A stretch of 64,000 nucleotides of DNA, from positions 1,504-65,503 of the forward strand of contig DUMW01000082.1 of assembly GCA_012839765.1 (NCBI GenBank), read 5' to 3'. Position 1 is the first letter of the stretch, and each line of letters opens with the position of its first letter. A model generated the notes under the pieces. That model had not been told where the DNA came from. It saw nothing but the letters and a program-made list of their open reading frames with translations, and made no database searches. Positions 38,772 to 48,408 of this stretch are shown in pieces. Source of the stretch: Bacillota bacterium (lineage in GTDB: Bacteria; Bacillota; Limnochordia; DUMW01). Both the position numbers and the translations under genes were made by a program.

Positions 38772-41700
38772 ATGGCGGTGTACTGGAAGAAGATTCTTGG
38801 GGTGTGGCTAAGTTTTTTATGCTATGTTGTCATCTTCGGCGGCGGCACTTGGGCCGCCCAGGACCCTTGGGTCATTCCTATCCGGGCTGTAGACGATAGG
38901 CCGATGACACTGACGACCCGGGTGGTCTTTACACGGGAATTCAGTAATGCCGAAAGTGGGACCCGGTGGGAGACAGGGTTCGGCGATGAGAAGCTGACAA
39001 GCCCGTCTGTTCGTTTGTCCTGGCAACCCCTAGGCTTTGCCGGAGTCTGGAGTCTGCAGCTTGCGACCTTGAATCAACAGGGAAGACTATCCTATGTTAT
39101 TCCTAAGCCAGACCATACCTATGAGGCAAGGATAAGCTATGACCCGGTTTACGGTATCCTGATGGTGGCGGTTATTGACCTCACCGCGGATGCTGTGATC
39201 CACCAGGACGCCCTGGCTGTGGTTACTGGGGAACTTGTACTGATTCAGGGTTACGCCCACTGCACCATCCCCGGTGCGTATGTGGAAAGTCTGCAGGAGA
39301 ACAGAGCCTTTTTACCCGTGGCTCTAGCTTGGGAGGTGGACGGGCACAGGTCCCAAGCGGAACCCCTGGTGTTGTGTCGAGACGAGGAAGTCCGGATCAG
39401 ACTGCTGCCGGGGATCGAACGAACCTTGCCCGGGACCTTCCTGATCTTGGGCGAGGACGGGACAAAGAACCGATACCTACTCGGTGAGCAGATCGTGCTG
39501 GCCGGGGACAGGGAGTATTCGCTAGATCCTCTGATGATGGCGAAGTTGCCTCCAGGTCTTGGCCGTCTTCTGCTGGTTCATCGGTTAGGAGGGAATGAAT
39601 GGGTTGTGGCGACTCAAGGAATCCAGGTGGGCAAGGTCACTGTCGAGGTTGCCCGTGTGGAGTTCGATGCACACACCGGTACGTTGCGAGGATGGGTGGA
39701 AATCATCGCGGATGGCCCGCTGATGGGGGTGCAAGTTGTGGGCCGGGGTAGAGCCTACAGCCGCTCCCTGCGGAACGATCAGTCTTATTTGCGGGAGCTG
39801 GAATTGTTTTGTACCACTTTGGATTTGAAGGCTGGCTCACAACAACTGGAGTTTGCGGTGCCCCTGGATGCCGATCCTTTGGAAGTGTGGGATCTGCAGG
39901 TGGAGACGGAAATCCTTACGAAGGAAGAGGTTGCAAAGGAAGCCCCCCTTTGGTCTGGAAAGGTTTTGGTAGGTGTTCCCAGGACGCTCCAGGAAGAGGC
40001 GGCTGTGGAATGGGCCCAGTATCGTATGGATTTCCTCGCCGAATACATCCACAAACCAGCCAACGATACGGTGGCCGCCCAGGCGATGGAAACTATGGTG
40101 CTGGAGGGATTCTATCGGGGGGCTTGGGAGGATATCGATTACCTAGACAAACGGCGAGGTGGGGCGGCCAAATGGGCTCCTTTGAACCACCTGGAAAGGC
40201 TCTTGGAGATGGCCAGGGCTTACGCCGATGTCCACAGCCGCTACTACAAAGACCCCCAGATGTGGGAGCTTGTCATGCTCGGTCTGGAGTTTTGGTACCG
40301 AAACCGAGCAGCCCTTGTCAATCCGGGCTGGGTGCACAATGAGATCACCGTTCCCGATCTCATCTTGGATATTCTCATCCTGCTGGACCGGGAGTCGCCT
40401 GTACACTTGGTGGACTTTGTGAAATCTCGGCTGGATTTGCAGCGGGATTTCAAAGACGTCGGTCAGAATTTGCCCTGGCGGCTACTTACCCACATTAAAC
40501 TGGCGGTTTTGCTCAATGAGCCCGCCAATCTGCGGGTGATCTATCGGCGGCTTGGGGATGAAATCCGCTTGGCTCCGGACCTGAAACGGGAAGAATGGCG
40601 TCACAGTCGTTGGCAGGGTTATGTGGGCTTGGATTTTACCTATACATACGTGGAAGGGATTCAGGTGGACTACAGTTTCCATCAGCATGGTCCCATGCTT
40701 CATTCCGGTTCCTACGGGATGGGGTTTTTGACCTACAGTGCCCGCCTGGCCTATGTGGCCCGGAATACACAGCTGTTTCCCTCCGAAAGCCTGGCCAACC
40801 TGGTGGATATGGTGCTGGAAGGGCAGCAGTGGATGGTTTGGCACCAGCAGTTCGACTATAGTGTTCTCGGGCGGGCCATAGCCGGCAGAGGCTCTGGCAA
40901 TGCCGGGGCCTTGCTGCGGGCGGTGCAATGGTTGCGACAGATCCCAGGAGTGCCTAGGGAAGCAGATCTGCTCCTCCTAGAAAAACGGCTCCGGGGTGAA
41001 GAGCAACCATTGTTGGGCAACCGGTATTTCTGGACCTCTGACTACATGGTTCATCGGCGTCCGGGCTTTATGGCTACCATCAGGATGGCTTCCCAAGAAG
41101 CGGTGGCTACGGAGATCGTCAGTTGGATGAATATGAAGGGCCATCTGGTTGCCGATGGCTGCATGTATTTATACCAGGATGGTATGGAATACGCTGATGT
41201 CTTTGTGACTTGGGATTGGTTGCGCATTCCCGGCACCACCACGGAGCAAAAGGCCTTACCGGTGGTGGAGCGGCAACATGAATCCATCCGTGGGGCCGGG
41301 GTGTTGGTGGGTGGGGTTTCCGATGGGTACTATGGGTGTGCTGGCATGTACCTGAATCGGGACTCCCTTAGTGCTAGGAAGAGCTGGTTCCTCTTTGATC
41401 AGGAGATCGTGGCCCTGGGAACGGATATCCGCTGCCCGACGAACAACTACGTGGTGACCACCATCAACCAAAATCTGCTGCGGGATCAGGTCTACGTTTG
41501 GGACTCTGGTATGTCGATAATATCCGAGGGAGAACACAGCAGTGACCAGTGGTCCAGGATCTACCACGACGAAACGGGTTATATCCTTCTGGAACCGGCG
41601 ACTTTGGAGGTGTGGAACGGGTTGCGCAAGGGCCGTTGGTCCGATGTGGACCAAAACGGTCCCACGGCGGAAGTGGCCCAAAGGGTCTTCGGTCTGGCAA

Positions 41701-42143
41701 TCTCCCATGGACAAAGGCCCGAAGACGGGGGTTACCAGTATGTTGTGGTGCCAGCCATTGACCTGGTGGACTTCCAGGCGTACACGGCAGAGCAGCTGAC
41801 CGTGTTGCGCAATACGGGCACCGTACAAGCCGTGTGGCACAAGGGTTTGCACATGCTCCAGTGCATCTTTTGGAACCCGGGGGGACTGCGGATCTCCGAC
41901 GGCTTAGTCTTGTGGGTGGATCAGCCGTGTCTTTTGATACTGCAGTACTCCTCCCAGTCTGTTCGGGTTACGGTGGCCAATTTCCGAGACGGGGCCTGTC
42001 CGGTGAAGGTGCAACTGAACCGGCCGCTAGACGCGGAGGATGTGGTGTGGGATGCGAAAACGGGAGTCTCGACCATCACCTTCCGGTTGCCCACCGGTGA
42101 ATATACCGGCCAAAGTGTCACGAAACACTGCGATCTTCGATAG
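38772..42143 (+). CDS. Secreted polysaccharide lyase family 8 protein (chondroitin / hyaluronan / xanthan-lyase-like) with a ~390-aa N-terminal extension
   Basis: It has a signal peptide MAVYWKKILGVWLSFLCYVVIFGG. PL8-type catalytic-region motifs are present: FHQHGPMLHSGSYGMGF (His/Tyr), MYLYQDGMEYADVFVTWDWLRIPGTT (the WDW-x-R-x-PGTT motif). A C-terminal beta-sandwich is also present. The RBS GGAGGGA sits 7 nt before the ATG at 38772. Confidence 0.7.
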   Translation: MAVYWKKILGVWLSFLCYVVIFGGGTWAAQDPWVIPIRAVDDRPMTLTTRVVFTREFSNAESGTRWETGFGDEKLTSPSVRLSWQPLGFAGVWSLQLATLNQQGRLSYVIPKPDHTYEARISYDPVYGILMVAVIDLTADAVIHQDALAVVTGELVLIQGYAHCTIPGAYVESLQENRAFLPVALAWEVDGHRSQAEPLVLCRDEEVRIRLLPGIERTLPGTFLILGEDGTKNRYLLGEQIVLAGDREYSLDPLMMAKLPPGLGRLLLVHRLGGNEWVVATQGIQVGKVTVEVARVEFDAHTGTLRGWVEIIADGPLMGVQVVGRGRAYSRSLRNDQSYLRELELFCTTLDLKAGSQQLEFAVPLDADPLEVWDLQVETEILTKEEVAKEAPLWSGKVLVGVPRTLQEEAAVEWAQYRMDFLAEYIHKPANDTVAAQAMETMVLEGFYRGAWEDIDYLDKRRGGAAKWAPLNHLERLLEMARAYADVHSRYYKDPQMWELVMLGLEFWYRNRAALVNPGWVHNEITVPDLILDILILLDRESPVHLVDFVKSRLDLQRDFKDVGQNLPWRLLTHIKLAVLLNEPANLRVIYRRLGDEIRLAPDLKREEWRHSRWQGYVGLDFTYTYVEGIQVDYSFHQHGPMLHSGSYGMGFLTYSARLAYVARNTQLFPSESLANLVDMVLEGQQWMVWHQQFDYSVLGRAIAGRGSGNAGALLRAVQWLRQIPGVPREADLLLLEKRLRGEEQPLLGNRYFWTSDYMVHRRPGFMATIRMASQEAVATEIVSWMNMKGHLVADGCMYLYQDGMEYADVFVTWDWLRIPGTTTEQKALPVVERQHESIRGAGVLVGGVSDGYYGCAGMYLNRDSLSARKSWFLFDQEIVALGTDIRCPTNNYVVTTINQNLLRDQVYVWDSGMSIISEGEHSSDQWSRIYHDETGYILLEPATLEVWNGLRKGRWSDVDQNGPTAEVAQRVFGLAISHGQRPEDGGYQYVVVPAIDLVDFQAYTAEQLTVLRNTGTVQAVWHKGLHMLQCIFWNPGGLRISDGLVLWVDQPCLLILQYSSQSVRVTVANFRDGACPVKVQLNRPLDAEDVVWDAKTGVSTITFRLPTGEYTGQSVTKHCDLR

Positions 42144-42321
42144 GAAAGCAAAATCCGGAAAAACTCCTTTCCCTTTGCCTTCCGCAGGGATGGCCTTTGG
42201 GTTGTTCGGGTTGGGTGCTGCTATCTTCGCAGTGGTGCTACCTTGCTTCCACCGGTGAGGACTGGTAGAATAGGATTTAGGAATTGGTTCTTGGATGGAG
42301 ACCGAAGAGATAGGAGTGGCT

Positions 42322-43080
42322 ATGGTGAAGAACAGACTGTTCATTGGGGTTTTAGCCGCAGTGATCCTGCTGGCCTGCATCACTCCCTTGGGGGCGCGGC
42401 TGGAGAGTTTGGAGCAATACTTGGAGACGGTCATCAATACCTATACTCTTTGGTTGATCCATCTGGGGATCGATAATCTGGAGCTTGTCTCCACCCAACT
42501 GGAACAGGCGGTGACCAGTTATCCCGAGGGGGTTAAGCAGAATCTACTCCTGGGGGTTACTTATCTGGGTCAGGGTAAGACCCAGGAGGCCATTGCCGCC
42601 TACGAGAAAGTACTGGCCATGGGACCGGAGTACCAGTGGGTGAAGGCTCTCATCGGTGAGATCTATCTGAAGCAGGGTCAGTACGACCTGGCGGAGGCCC
42701 TGTTCCGGGAAGTGGTGGATGCGGATATTGAGTCCGCTTTGGCCTTGAAGGGATTAGGGCTTTGTGCGGAGCGGCGCGGGGAAGATGTGCTGGCTATGGA
42801 GTACTATGAACGGAGCTTGGAAATCGCCCCCAATGCGCCGGAGGTCTATCTGCATTTGGCCCTGTTGAAGATCAAGGCCGGGGAGAAGGAGGAGGCCTTA
42901 ACGATTCTGGAGACGGGCCGGTTGTTCAACCTCGATGATCCGGAGATTCACTATTATCTCGGCACGCTCTATGAGGAAAAGGGCGATTACGAGGCCGCAG
43001 CCCATGAGTATTACCGGGCTTTGCAGTTAGATGGACAATACGAGAAGGCCGCGGAGCGCCTGGAGAACTTGCCTCAATAG
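42322..43080 (+). CDS. TPR-repeat protein with an N-terminal signal/anchor
   Basis: It has four or five TPR-like 34-aa repeats (AIAAYEKVLAMGP..., ALFREVV..., YYERSLEIAP..., EYYRALQLDG). Confidence 0.7.
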   Translation: MVKNRLFIGVLAAVILLACITPLGARLESLEQYLETVINTYTLWLIHLGIDNLELVSTQLEQAVTSYPEGVKQNLLLGVTYLGQGKTQEAIAAYEKVLAMGPEYQWVKALIGEIYLKQGQYDLAEALFREVVDADIESALALKGLGLCAERRGEDVLAMEYYERSLEIAPNAPEVYLHLALLKIKAGEKEEALTILETGRLFNLDDPEIHYYLGTLYEEKGDYEAAAHEYYRALQLDGQYEKAAERLENLPQ

Positions 43081-43097
43081 GGTACTAGCAACGGTGG

Positions 43098-43133
43098 CCC
43101 GTCAGTTTGATGGAACTGACGGGTCTTTTATTT
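43098..43133 (+). terminator. Intrinsic terminator
   Basis: A stem (cccgtcag / ctgacggg) with a 10-nt loop is followed by tcttttattt. Confidence 0.7.
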
Positions 43134-43194
43134 GCCCCAGGTGAATATGGATAAGTTTGAGACTAGTTTTATCCTGTCCTGGGGAGTTGGCTTT

Positions 43195-45855
43195 ATGACA
43201 GACAAATGGTATCTGGGTTCCATTGGTGAGGTACTTCAAAGGTTGGGCACCGATCCTAAGGGGGGGTTGAGCCAGCGGACGGCTGCCGAGCGGTTGGCCA
43301 CCGAGGGACCCAATCGGTTAAGGCAGTTGCGCAAGAAGTCGGTTTTGGGTCTCTTCCTCGCCCAATTCCAAGACTTCATGGTTATGGTCCTGCTTTTTGC
43401 CACCCTTATTTCCGTCCTGTTAGATGAGCTCACCGATGCGGTGGCTATTTTAGCCATCATCTTTCTCAACGGTTTATTGGGCTTTTTGCAGGAGTACCGG
43501 GCGGAGCGCTCTCTGGAGGCCCTCCGACGACTGACAGCCCCCCAAGCCCGGGTGATCCGGGACGGGATCCTGCAACAGATCCCCGCGGAGCTGTTGGTGC
43601 CTGGTGACATTGTGCAACTGGCCAGTGGAGACCGGGTACCCGCCGATTGCCGCCTGCTAGAAAGTTTCTCCCTTTATGCCGATGAATCGGCCCTGACCGG
43701 CGAGTCATTACCCATTGCCAAGGACCATCGCTGGACAGCTACTGGGGAGACGCCCCTGGGTGATCGCAAGAACTGTCTGTACATGGGTACGGTGATCACC
43801 GCGGGGCGGGGTCTAGCAGTGGTGACGGAGACGGGGATGTCCAGCGAGGTGGGACGCATTGCGGCCATGTTACAGGATACGGGCCGTTTGAGTACACCCC
43901 TGGAGGCCCGGTTGGAACAACTGGGGCGGTGGTTGGTGGCCGCTTGTGTGGTGCTGGTGGTGGGCGTTTTTGCTACGGGAGTTTGGCGGGGCGTGCCGGT
44001 GTTAGAGATGTTTATGATCGCGGTGAGTCTGGCGGTGGCGGCAATTCCCGAAGGGCTGCCTGCGGTGGTGACCATCGCCCTAGCCTTGGGGGTGCAGCGG
44101 ATGAGTCGCCGGGCGGCAATTATCCGCCGGTTGCCCGCGGTGGAGACTTTGGGGTGTACGGATATCATCTGCTCCGACAAAACAGGGACCCTGACGGAAA
44201 ACAAGATGAAGGTACAACGTGTTTGGTTGGCCGGCAGGGTGTACCAGGGGGAAGCCTTGGAAAGGCTCTCCCCACCCCAGGAGGGCACGGCCCTCTTTTG
44301 GGCTTTGAAGGTCTGTGGCCTGTGCAACAGCGTCAACCTACAAGGTGGGATGGGTAGCGGTTTTCCAGGACTACAGGGTGATCCCACGGAGATCGCCTTG
44401 GTGCAGTTTGCCTACCGGGTGCAGCGGGACTTGGAAAAAAAGCGGTTGGAGACGCGGTTGGTGGGCGAACTGCCCTTTACTTCCGAGCGGAAGCGGATGA
44501 CCGTTCTATATGATCTCGGAGAGGCCCGGGTGGGGTTAACCAAGGGGGCTTGGGAGGTCATCTTGGCCCGGAGCCAGTTCCTTCACGGAGAGAATGAGCG
44601 CGTTCTGTTGACCGCCAGCCAACGGAAGCAGATCGCCGAAGCCGCGGAGGATATGGCCCAGGATGCGTTGCGGGTGATGGCCCTAGCCTACAAGCGTAGC
44701 GATACCTTGATCGGTGTGGAAGAGGGCCTTACCTTTGTGGCTTTGGTGGGCCTTTACGACCCGCCCCGCCGGGAGGTGAAGCAGGCCCTCCGCAAGGCTA
44801 GCCAGGCCGGTATCCGCACCATCATGGTGACCGGAGATCACAAGACCACCGCCCGAGCCATCGGTCTGGAATTGGGCCTTTTGGAGGCCCCAGGTGAGGT
44901 CCTCACCGGCCACGATTTGGATACCCTCAGTGACCGGGAACTGGCCTTGCATCTGCGGCGGGTGAACGTCTTTAGCCGTGTGTCCCCCGAACATAAGCTC
45001 CGGATCGTCCGTTGTCTGAAGAGTATGGGCCATGTGGTGGCCATGACCGGCGATGGGGTGAACGACGCGCCGGCGGTGGCGGAGGCCGATGTGGGGGTGG
45101 CCATGGGCCAAACCGGCACCGATGTTACTAAGGAGGCATCGGCGATGGTCCTCTCCGATGACAATTACGCCACGATCATCCACGCCATCGAAGAGGGGCG
45201 GGGGGTGTATGAGAATATCCGGAAATTTGTCCGTTACTTACTCACCTGTAATGTGGGTGAGGTTTTGACCATGTTTCTGGCCACTTTGCTTAGTCTTCCC
45301 TTGCCATTGGTGGCGGTGCAGATCCTGTGGATGAACCTGGTCACCGACGGGTTACCCGCGGTGGCTTTGGGGATGGATCCCCCGGACAAAGACATCATGA
45401 AGCGCAGGCCCAGGAAACTCAACGAGCACATTCTCTCTGGCGGCATGGTGCGGAAAATCCTGGGCCGAGGTATGCTCTTGGCCTTCTCTACCCTGGGGAT
45501 CTTCGCCCTTGGTCTGTGGCTATACCCTGGGGATGTGGCCCGGGCTCGTAGCCTAGCCTTTTCCACTATTGTGTTGGCCCAGCTGTTCCATGCCTTTGAG
45601 TGCAGCACCTATGGGGCCGGTCCTCGGGGGATCGTGGCCAATCCCCTGTTGGTCTTGGCGGTGGGAGCGAGTATCCTGATGCAGGGGGCGGTGATTTACG
45701 TTCCCTGGCTACAGGGGCTCTTTAGCACCGTGCGCCTAGCTTTGGGGGATTGGGTGCTGATCCTGGTTTTTGCCGGGTGGCCCTTGGCCATCAACTGGAC
45801 GGTGCGCTTGGTGCGCCGGCTTGTGATGCCCCGTGTCAGTTGGCTTCGCACCTAA
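43195..45855 (+). CDS. Calcium-translocating P-type ATPase (PMCA/SERCA-type; YloB-like)
   Basis: It has DKTGTLT, TGDGVNDAPA and TGES motifs and about ten TM helices. Confidence 0.9.
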   Translation: MTDKWYLGSIGEVLQRLGTDPKGGLSQRTAAERLATEGPNRLRQLRKKSVLGLFLAQFQDFMVMVLLFATLISVLLDELTDAVAILAIIFLNGLLGFLQEYRAERSLEALRRLTAPQARVIRDGILQQIPAELLVPGDIVQLASGDRVPADCRLLESFSLYADESALTGESLPIAKDHRWTATGETPLGDRKNCLYMGTVITAGRGLAVVTETGMSSEVGRIAAMLQDTGRLSTPLEARLEQLGRWLVAACVVLVVGVFATGVWRGVPVLEMFMIAVSLAVAAIPEGLPAVVTIALALGVQRMSRRAAIIRRLPAVETLGCTDIICSDKTGTLTENKMKVQRVWLAGRVYQGEALERLSPPQEGTALFWALKVCGLCNSVNLQGGMGSGFPGLQGDPTEIALVQFAYRVQRDLEKKRLETRLVGELPFTSERKRMTVLYDLGEARVGLTKGAWEVILARSQFLHGENERVLLTASQRKQIAEAAEDMAQDALRVMALAYKRSDTLIGVEEGLTFVALVGLYDPPRREVKQALRKASQAGIRTIMVTGDHKTTARAIGLELGLLEAPGEVLTGHDLDTLSDRELALHLRRVNVFSRVSPEHKLRIVRCLKSMGHVVAMTGDGVNDAPAVAEADVGVAMGQTGTDVTKEASAMVLSDDNYATIIHAIEEGRGVYENIRKFVRYLLTCNVGEVLTMFLATLLSLPLPLVAVQILWMNLVTDGLPAVALGMDPPDKDIMKRRPRKLNEHILSGGMVRKILGRGMLLAFSTLGIFALGLWLYPGDVARARSLAFSTIVLAQLFHAFECSTYGAGPRGIVANPLLVLAVGASILMQGAVIYVPWLQGLFSTVRLALGDWVLILVFAGWPLAINWTVRLVRRLVMPRVSWLRT

Positions 45856-45916
45856 AACCAGGTTTACATTTTAGATCCTTTATAGTAGAATATTGATGAA
45901 ATCGAGGGGGGTTATC

Positions 45917-46789
45917 TTGGCCATTCTTAGTATGACAGGCTACGGCAGCGCTGACACCGCCGAGGCCAAGGTGCAGGTGCGCATGGTCAATCACCGGTAC
46001 CTGGACATCATGATCCGGATGCCCAGTTACCTGCGGGTTCTGGAGGAAAGGGTCCGGGAGACTGTGCAGCAGTCGGTACAGCGCGGTCGGGTCGAGGTTG
46101 AGATTGAAATCAAGGGGACGACCCAGATTGCTCGGAACGTGGCGGTGGATCTGGCCTTGTGCCGCGGCTATGCCGCAGCCATCGAACAGATCCGCAAAGA
46201 GATTCCCACATCTGGTGTTGTAGACATCAATACATTCTTGAGTTTGCCCGAGATCTTTCAGTTTGCGGAGGACTTCTCCCCGGAGCAGGCTTGGGCAGTT
46301 ATCCAGCCGCCCTTAAAGGCCGCGTTGGATCAGGGTGTGGCCATGCGCTGCCGTGAGGGTGAGCGCCTATTTGCTGACCTGCTAGCTCATTTGGGCCGGA
46401 TTCAGAAAATATTAGAAAGCATCTCCGCGGCGGCCCAGAACCTGACTGAACAATACCGCAATAAGTTGGAAACAAGGGTCCAGGAGCTTTTGGGGCCTAA
46501 GTTGCCCGACGACCTGATGCAGCGGTTGGCTGCGGAGGTGGTCTTTTTGGCCGAGCGGGCGGATATTACTGAGGAGATTACCCGCATTGCAAGCCATTTG
46601 GCTCAGTTCCAACATAGTATGGAAGAGGAGACCGCCCAGGGGACGAAGCTGGACTTTCTGGCCCAGGAGTTGCTCAGGGAATTCAATACCATTGGTGCAA
46701 AGTCCACCGACGCCCACATCACCGGTTTGGTGGTGGAAGCCAAGACGGTGGTGAACAAAGTCCGGGAACAGGTGCAGAATATCGAGTAA
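45917..46789 (+). CDS. YicC/YloC family endoribonuclease
   Basis: It has the N-terminus (M)AILSMTGYG and a YicC_N domain plus DUF1732. The RBS GAGGGGGG precedes a TTG start. Confidence 0.85.
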   Translation: MAILSMTGYGSADTAEAKVQVRMVNHRYLDIMIRMPSYLRVLEERVRETVQQSVQRGRVEVEIEIKGTTQIARNVAVDLALCRGYAAAIEQIRKEIPTSGVVDINTFLSLPEIFQFAEDFSPEQAWAVIQPPLKAALDQGVAMRCREGERLFADLLAHLGRIQKILESISAAAQNLTEQYRNKLETRVQELLGPKLPDDLMQRLAAEVVFLAERADITEEITRIASHLAQFQHSMEEETAQGTKLDFLAQELLREFNTIGAKSTDAHITGLVVEAKTVVNKVREQVQNIE

Positions 46790-46823
46790 AGGTTGCTCCA
46801 GGTACTAAGGGGAGGGTTATCCC

Positions 46824-47132
46824 ATGAGTGTTCCACGCTTGACGCCAGAAGAAAAACGACGGGCTTTGGAAAAGGCGCGTTGGGTACGGAGCGAACGGGC
46901 AAAGTTGAAGTCGCAGCTGAAGCAGGGGACAGTGAGTTTAGCGGAAGTGTTAGAGAAAGATGATGATGCCGTGATCGCGGGTATGCCCGTACGGCAGCTG
47001 TTAGAATCCTTACCCCGGATTGGCAAGGTCACCTGTGAGAGACTGATGGATGAAATCGGGATTGACCGAGCCAGACGCGTCCGGGGTTTAGGTGTACGCC
47101 AACGCAGTGAATTACTTAAGAAATTGGGATAG
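46824..47132 (+). CDS. Integration host factor, actinobacterial type (mIHF-like)
   Basis: This 102-aa protein has LTPEEKRRALEKA ... LPRIGKVTCERLMDEIGIDRARRVRGLGVRQRSELLKKLG. These closely parallel mycobacterial mIHF. The RBS is aaggggaggg. Confidence 0.7.
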   Translation: MSVPRLTPEEKRRALEKARWVRSERAKLKSQLKQGTVSLAEVLEKDDDAVIAGMPVRQLLESLPRIGKVTCERLMDEIGIDRARRVRGLGVRQRSELLKKLG

Positions 47133-47159
47133 TCACCAAACGCAGGAGGTTTGTAAGTC

Positions 47160-47441
47160 TTGGCTTTGGAATTAGTGAACATAGGCTTTGGAAATATCGT
47201 AAGTGCCAATCGCATCGTGGCGATTGTCTCTCCGGAATCAGCCCCCATCAAACGGTTAATCCAGGATGCCCGGGAACGGGCCATGCTTATCGATGCCACC
47301 TATGGACGGCGTACCCGAGCGGTGATCATCACCGACAGTGATCATGTGATCCTGTCCGCGGTGCAACCGGAGACAGTAGCCCACCGTGTGGGTGGTAAAG
47401 AGTTGTCCATGATCGAGGAGAAGGACGGTCAACTGAAGTGA
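47160..47441 (+). CDS. remA: Biofilm/matrix regulator RemA (DUF370, YlzA)
   Basis: [70 protein letters not shown] is nearly collinear with B. subtilis RemA. Confidence 0.85.
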   Translation: MALELVNIGFGNIVSANRIVAIVSPESAPIKRLIQDARERAMLIDATYGRRTRAVIITDSDHVILSAVQPETVAHRVGGKELSMIEEKDGQLK

Positions 47442-48055
47442 AGACCGGTACTCTCTTGGTAGTCTCCGGGCCTTCGGGGGTGGGAAAGAACACCGTCCTG
47501 CGGGAGTTTTGTCTTAGGCACCCGGAGGTACGCTACTCCATTTCTGCTACTACCCGTTCTCCCCGGGCCCAGGAAGTCCATGGCAAGGATTATTACTTCC
47601 TCACCCGGCAAGAATTCACCAAGGGGATCGCGGAAGGACGGTTCCTGGAGTGGGCGGAGTTTTGCGGGAACCTCTACGGAACCCCGAGGGATTTTGTGGA
47701 GGAACACCTGGCCGCCGGGGTTGATCTTGTCATGGATATCGAGATTCAAGGGGCCTTGCAGGTGAAAGAACGGATGCCCGCCGCGGTGTTGGTGTTCTTG
47801 CTGCCGCCTAGTCTTGAGGAGCTAGAAAGACGGATCCAAGGCCGGGGTACCGAAGATGCAAAGAGCATCTCGTCTCGCTTGCAAGTAGCCATCGGAGAAC
47901 TGCAGATGGTGGAGCGTTATGACTACGCAGTGGTCAATGATGATGTGGCGGCTGCCGCGGAGAAGCTTTGGAGTATTCTCACAGCCGCGAAGGCAAGAAT
48001 AAGGGGGAACTATCGCCAAGTATTGGCGCAGTTTTGGGAGCAGGTTCCCTTTTAG
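47438..48055 (+). CDS. gmk: Guanylate kinase
   Basis: It has the P-loop SGPSGVGK and a GMP-binding region. Confidence 0.9.
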   Translation: MKTGTLLVVSGPSGVGKNTVLREFCLRHPEVRYSISATTRSPRAQEVHGKDYYFLTRQEFTKGIAEGRFLEWAEFCGNLYGTPRDFVEEHLAAGVDLVMDIEIQGALQVKERMPAAVLVFLLPPSLEELERRIQGRGTEDAKSISSRLQVAIGELQMVERYDYAVVNDDVAAAAEKLWSILTAAKARIRGNYRQVLAQFWEQVPF

Positions 48056-48165
48056 TGGTGAGCACAGACGTGGTTTTGACGGGGCTGGCTTTGACCAGCG
48101 CAGAATGCAAACACAGGGAGGGAAGTGCCTAGGTCTGATGAATTCAGGCCGAGGGCAGGAAGCGG

Positions 48166-48366
48166 ATGAATCAACCACCAATTGATCAGCTGTTGAGCAG
48201 AGTGGATAGTCGCTATACCGCGGTGGTGGCTGCTGCCAAGCGGGCCCGGCAGTTGTCCGAGGGGGCAGAGCCAATCGAGACGATAGAAAGCAACAAACCG
48301 GTCACCATTGCCCTGTATGAACTGGGATCTGGTGCCATCCGGTACGAACGGATTCGGAAGAACTAA
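48166..48366 (+). CDS. rpoZ: DNA-directed RNA polymerase subunit omega
   Basis: It has DSRYTAVVAAAKRARQL. Confidence 0.85.
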   Translation: MNQPPIDQLLSRVDSRYTAVVAAAKRARQLSEGAEPIETIESNKPVTIALYELGSGAIRYERIRKN

Positions 48367-48408
48367 GGGACAAGGATTTGATTCTTTTTGCAATCTAGAG
48401 GTGAGACC

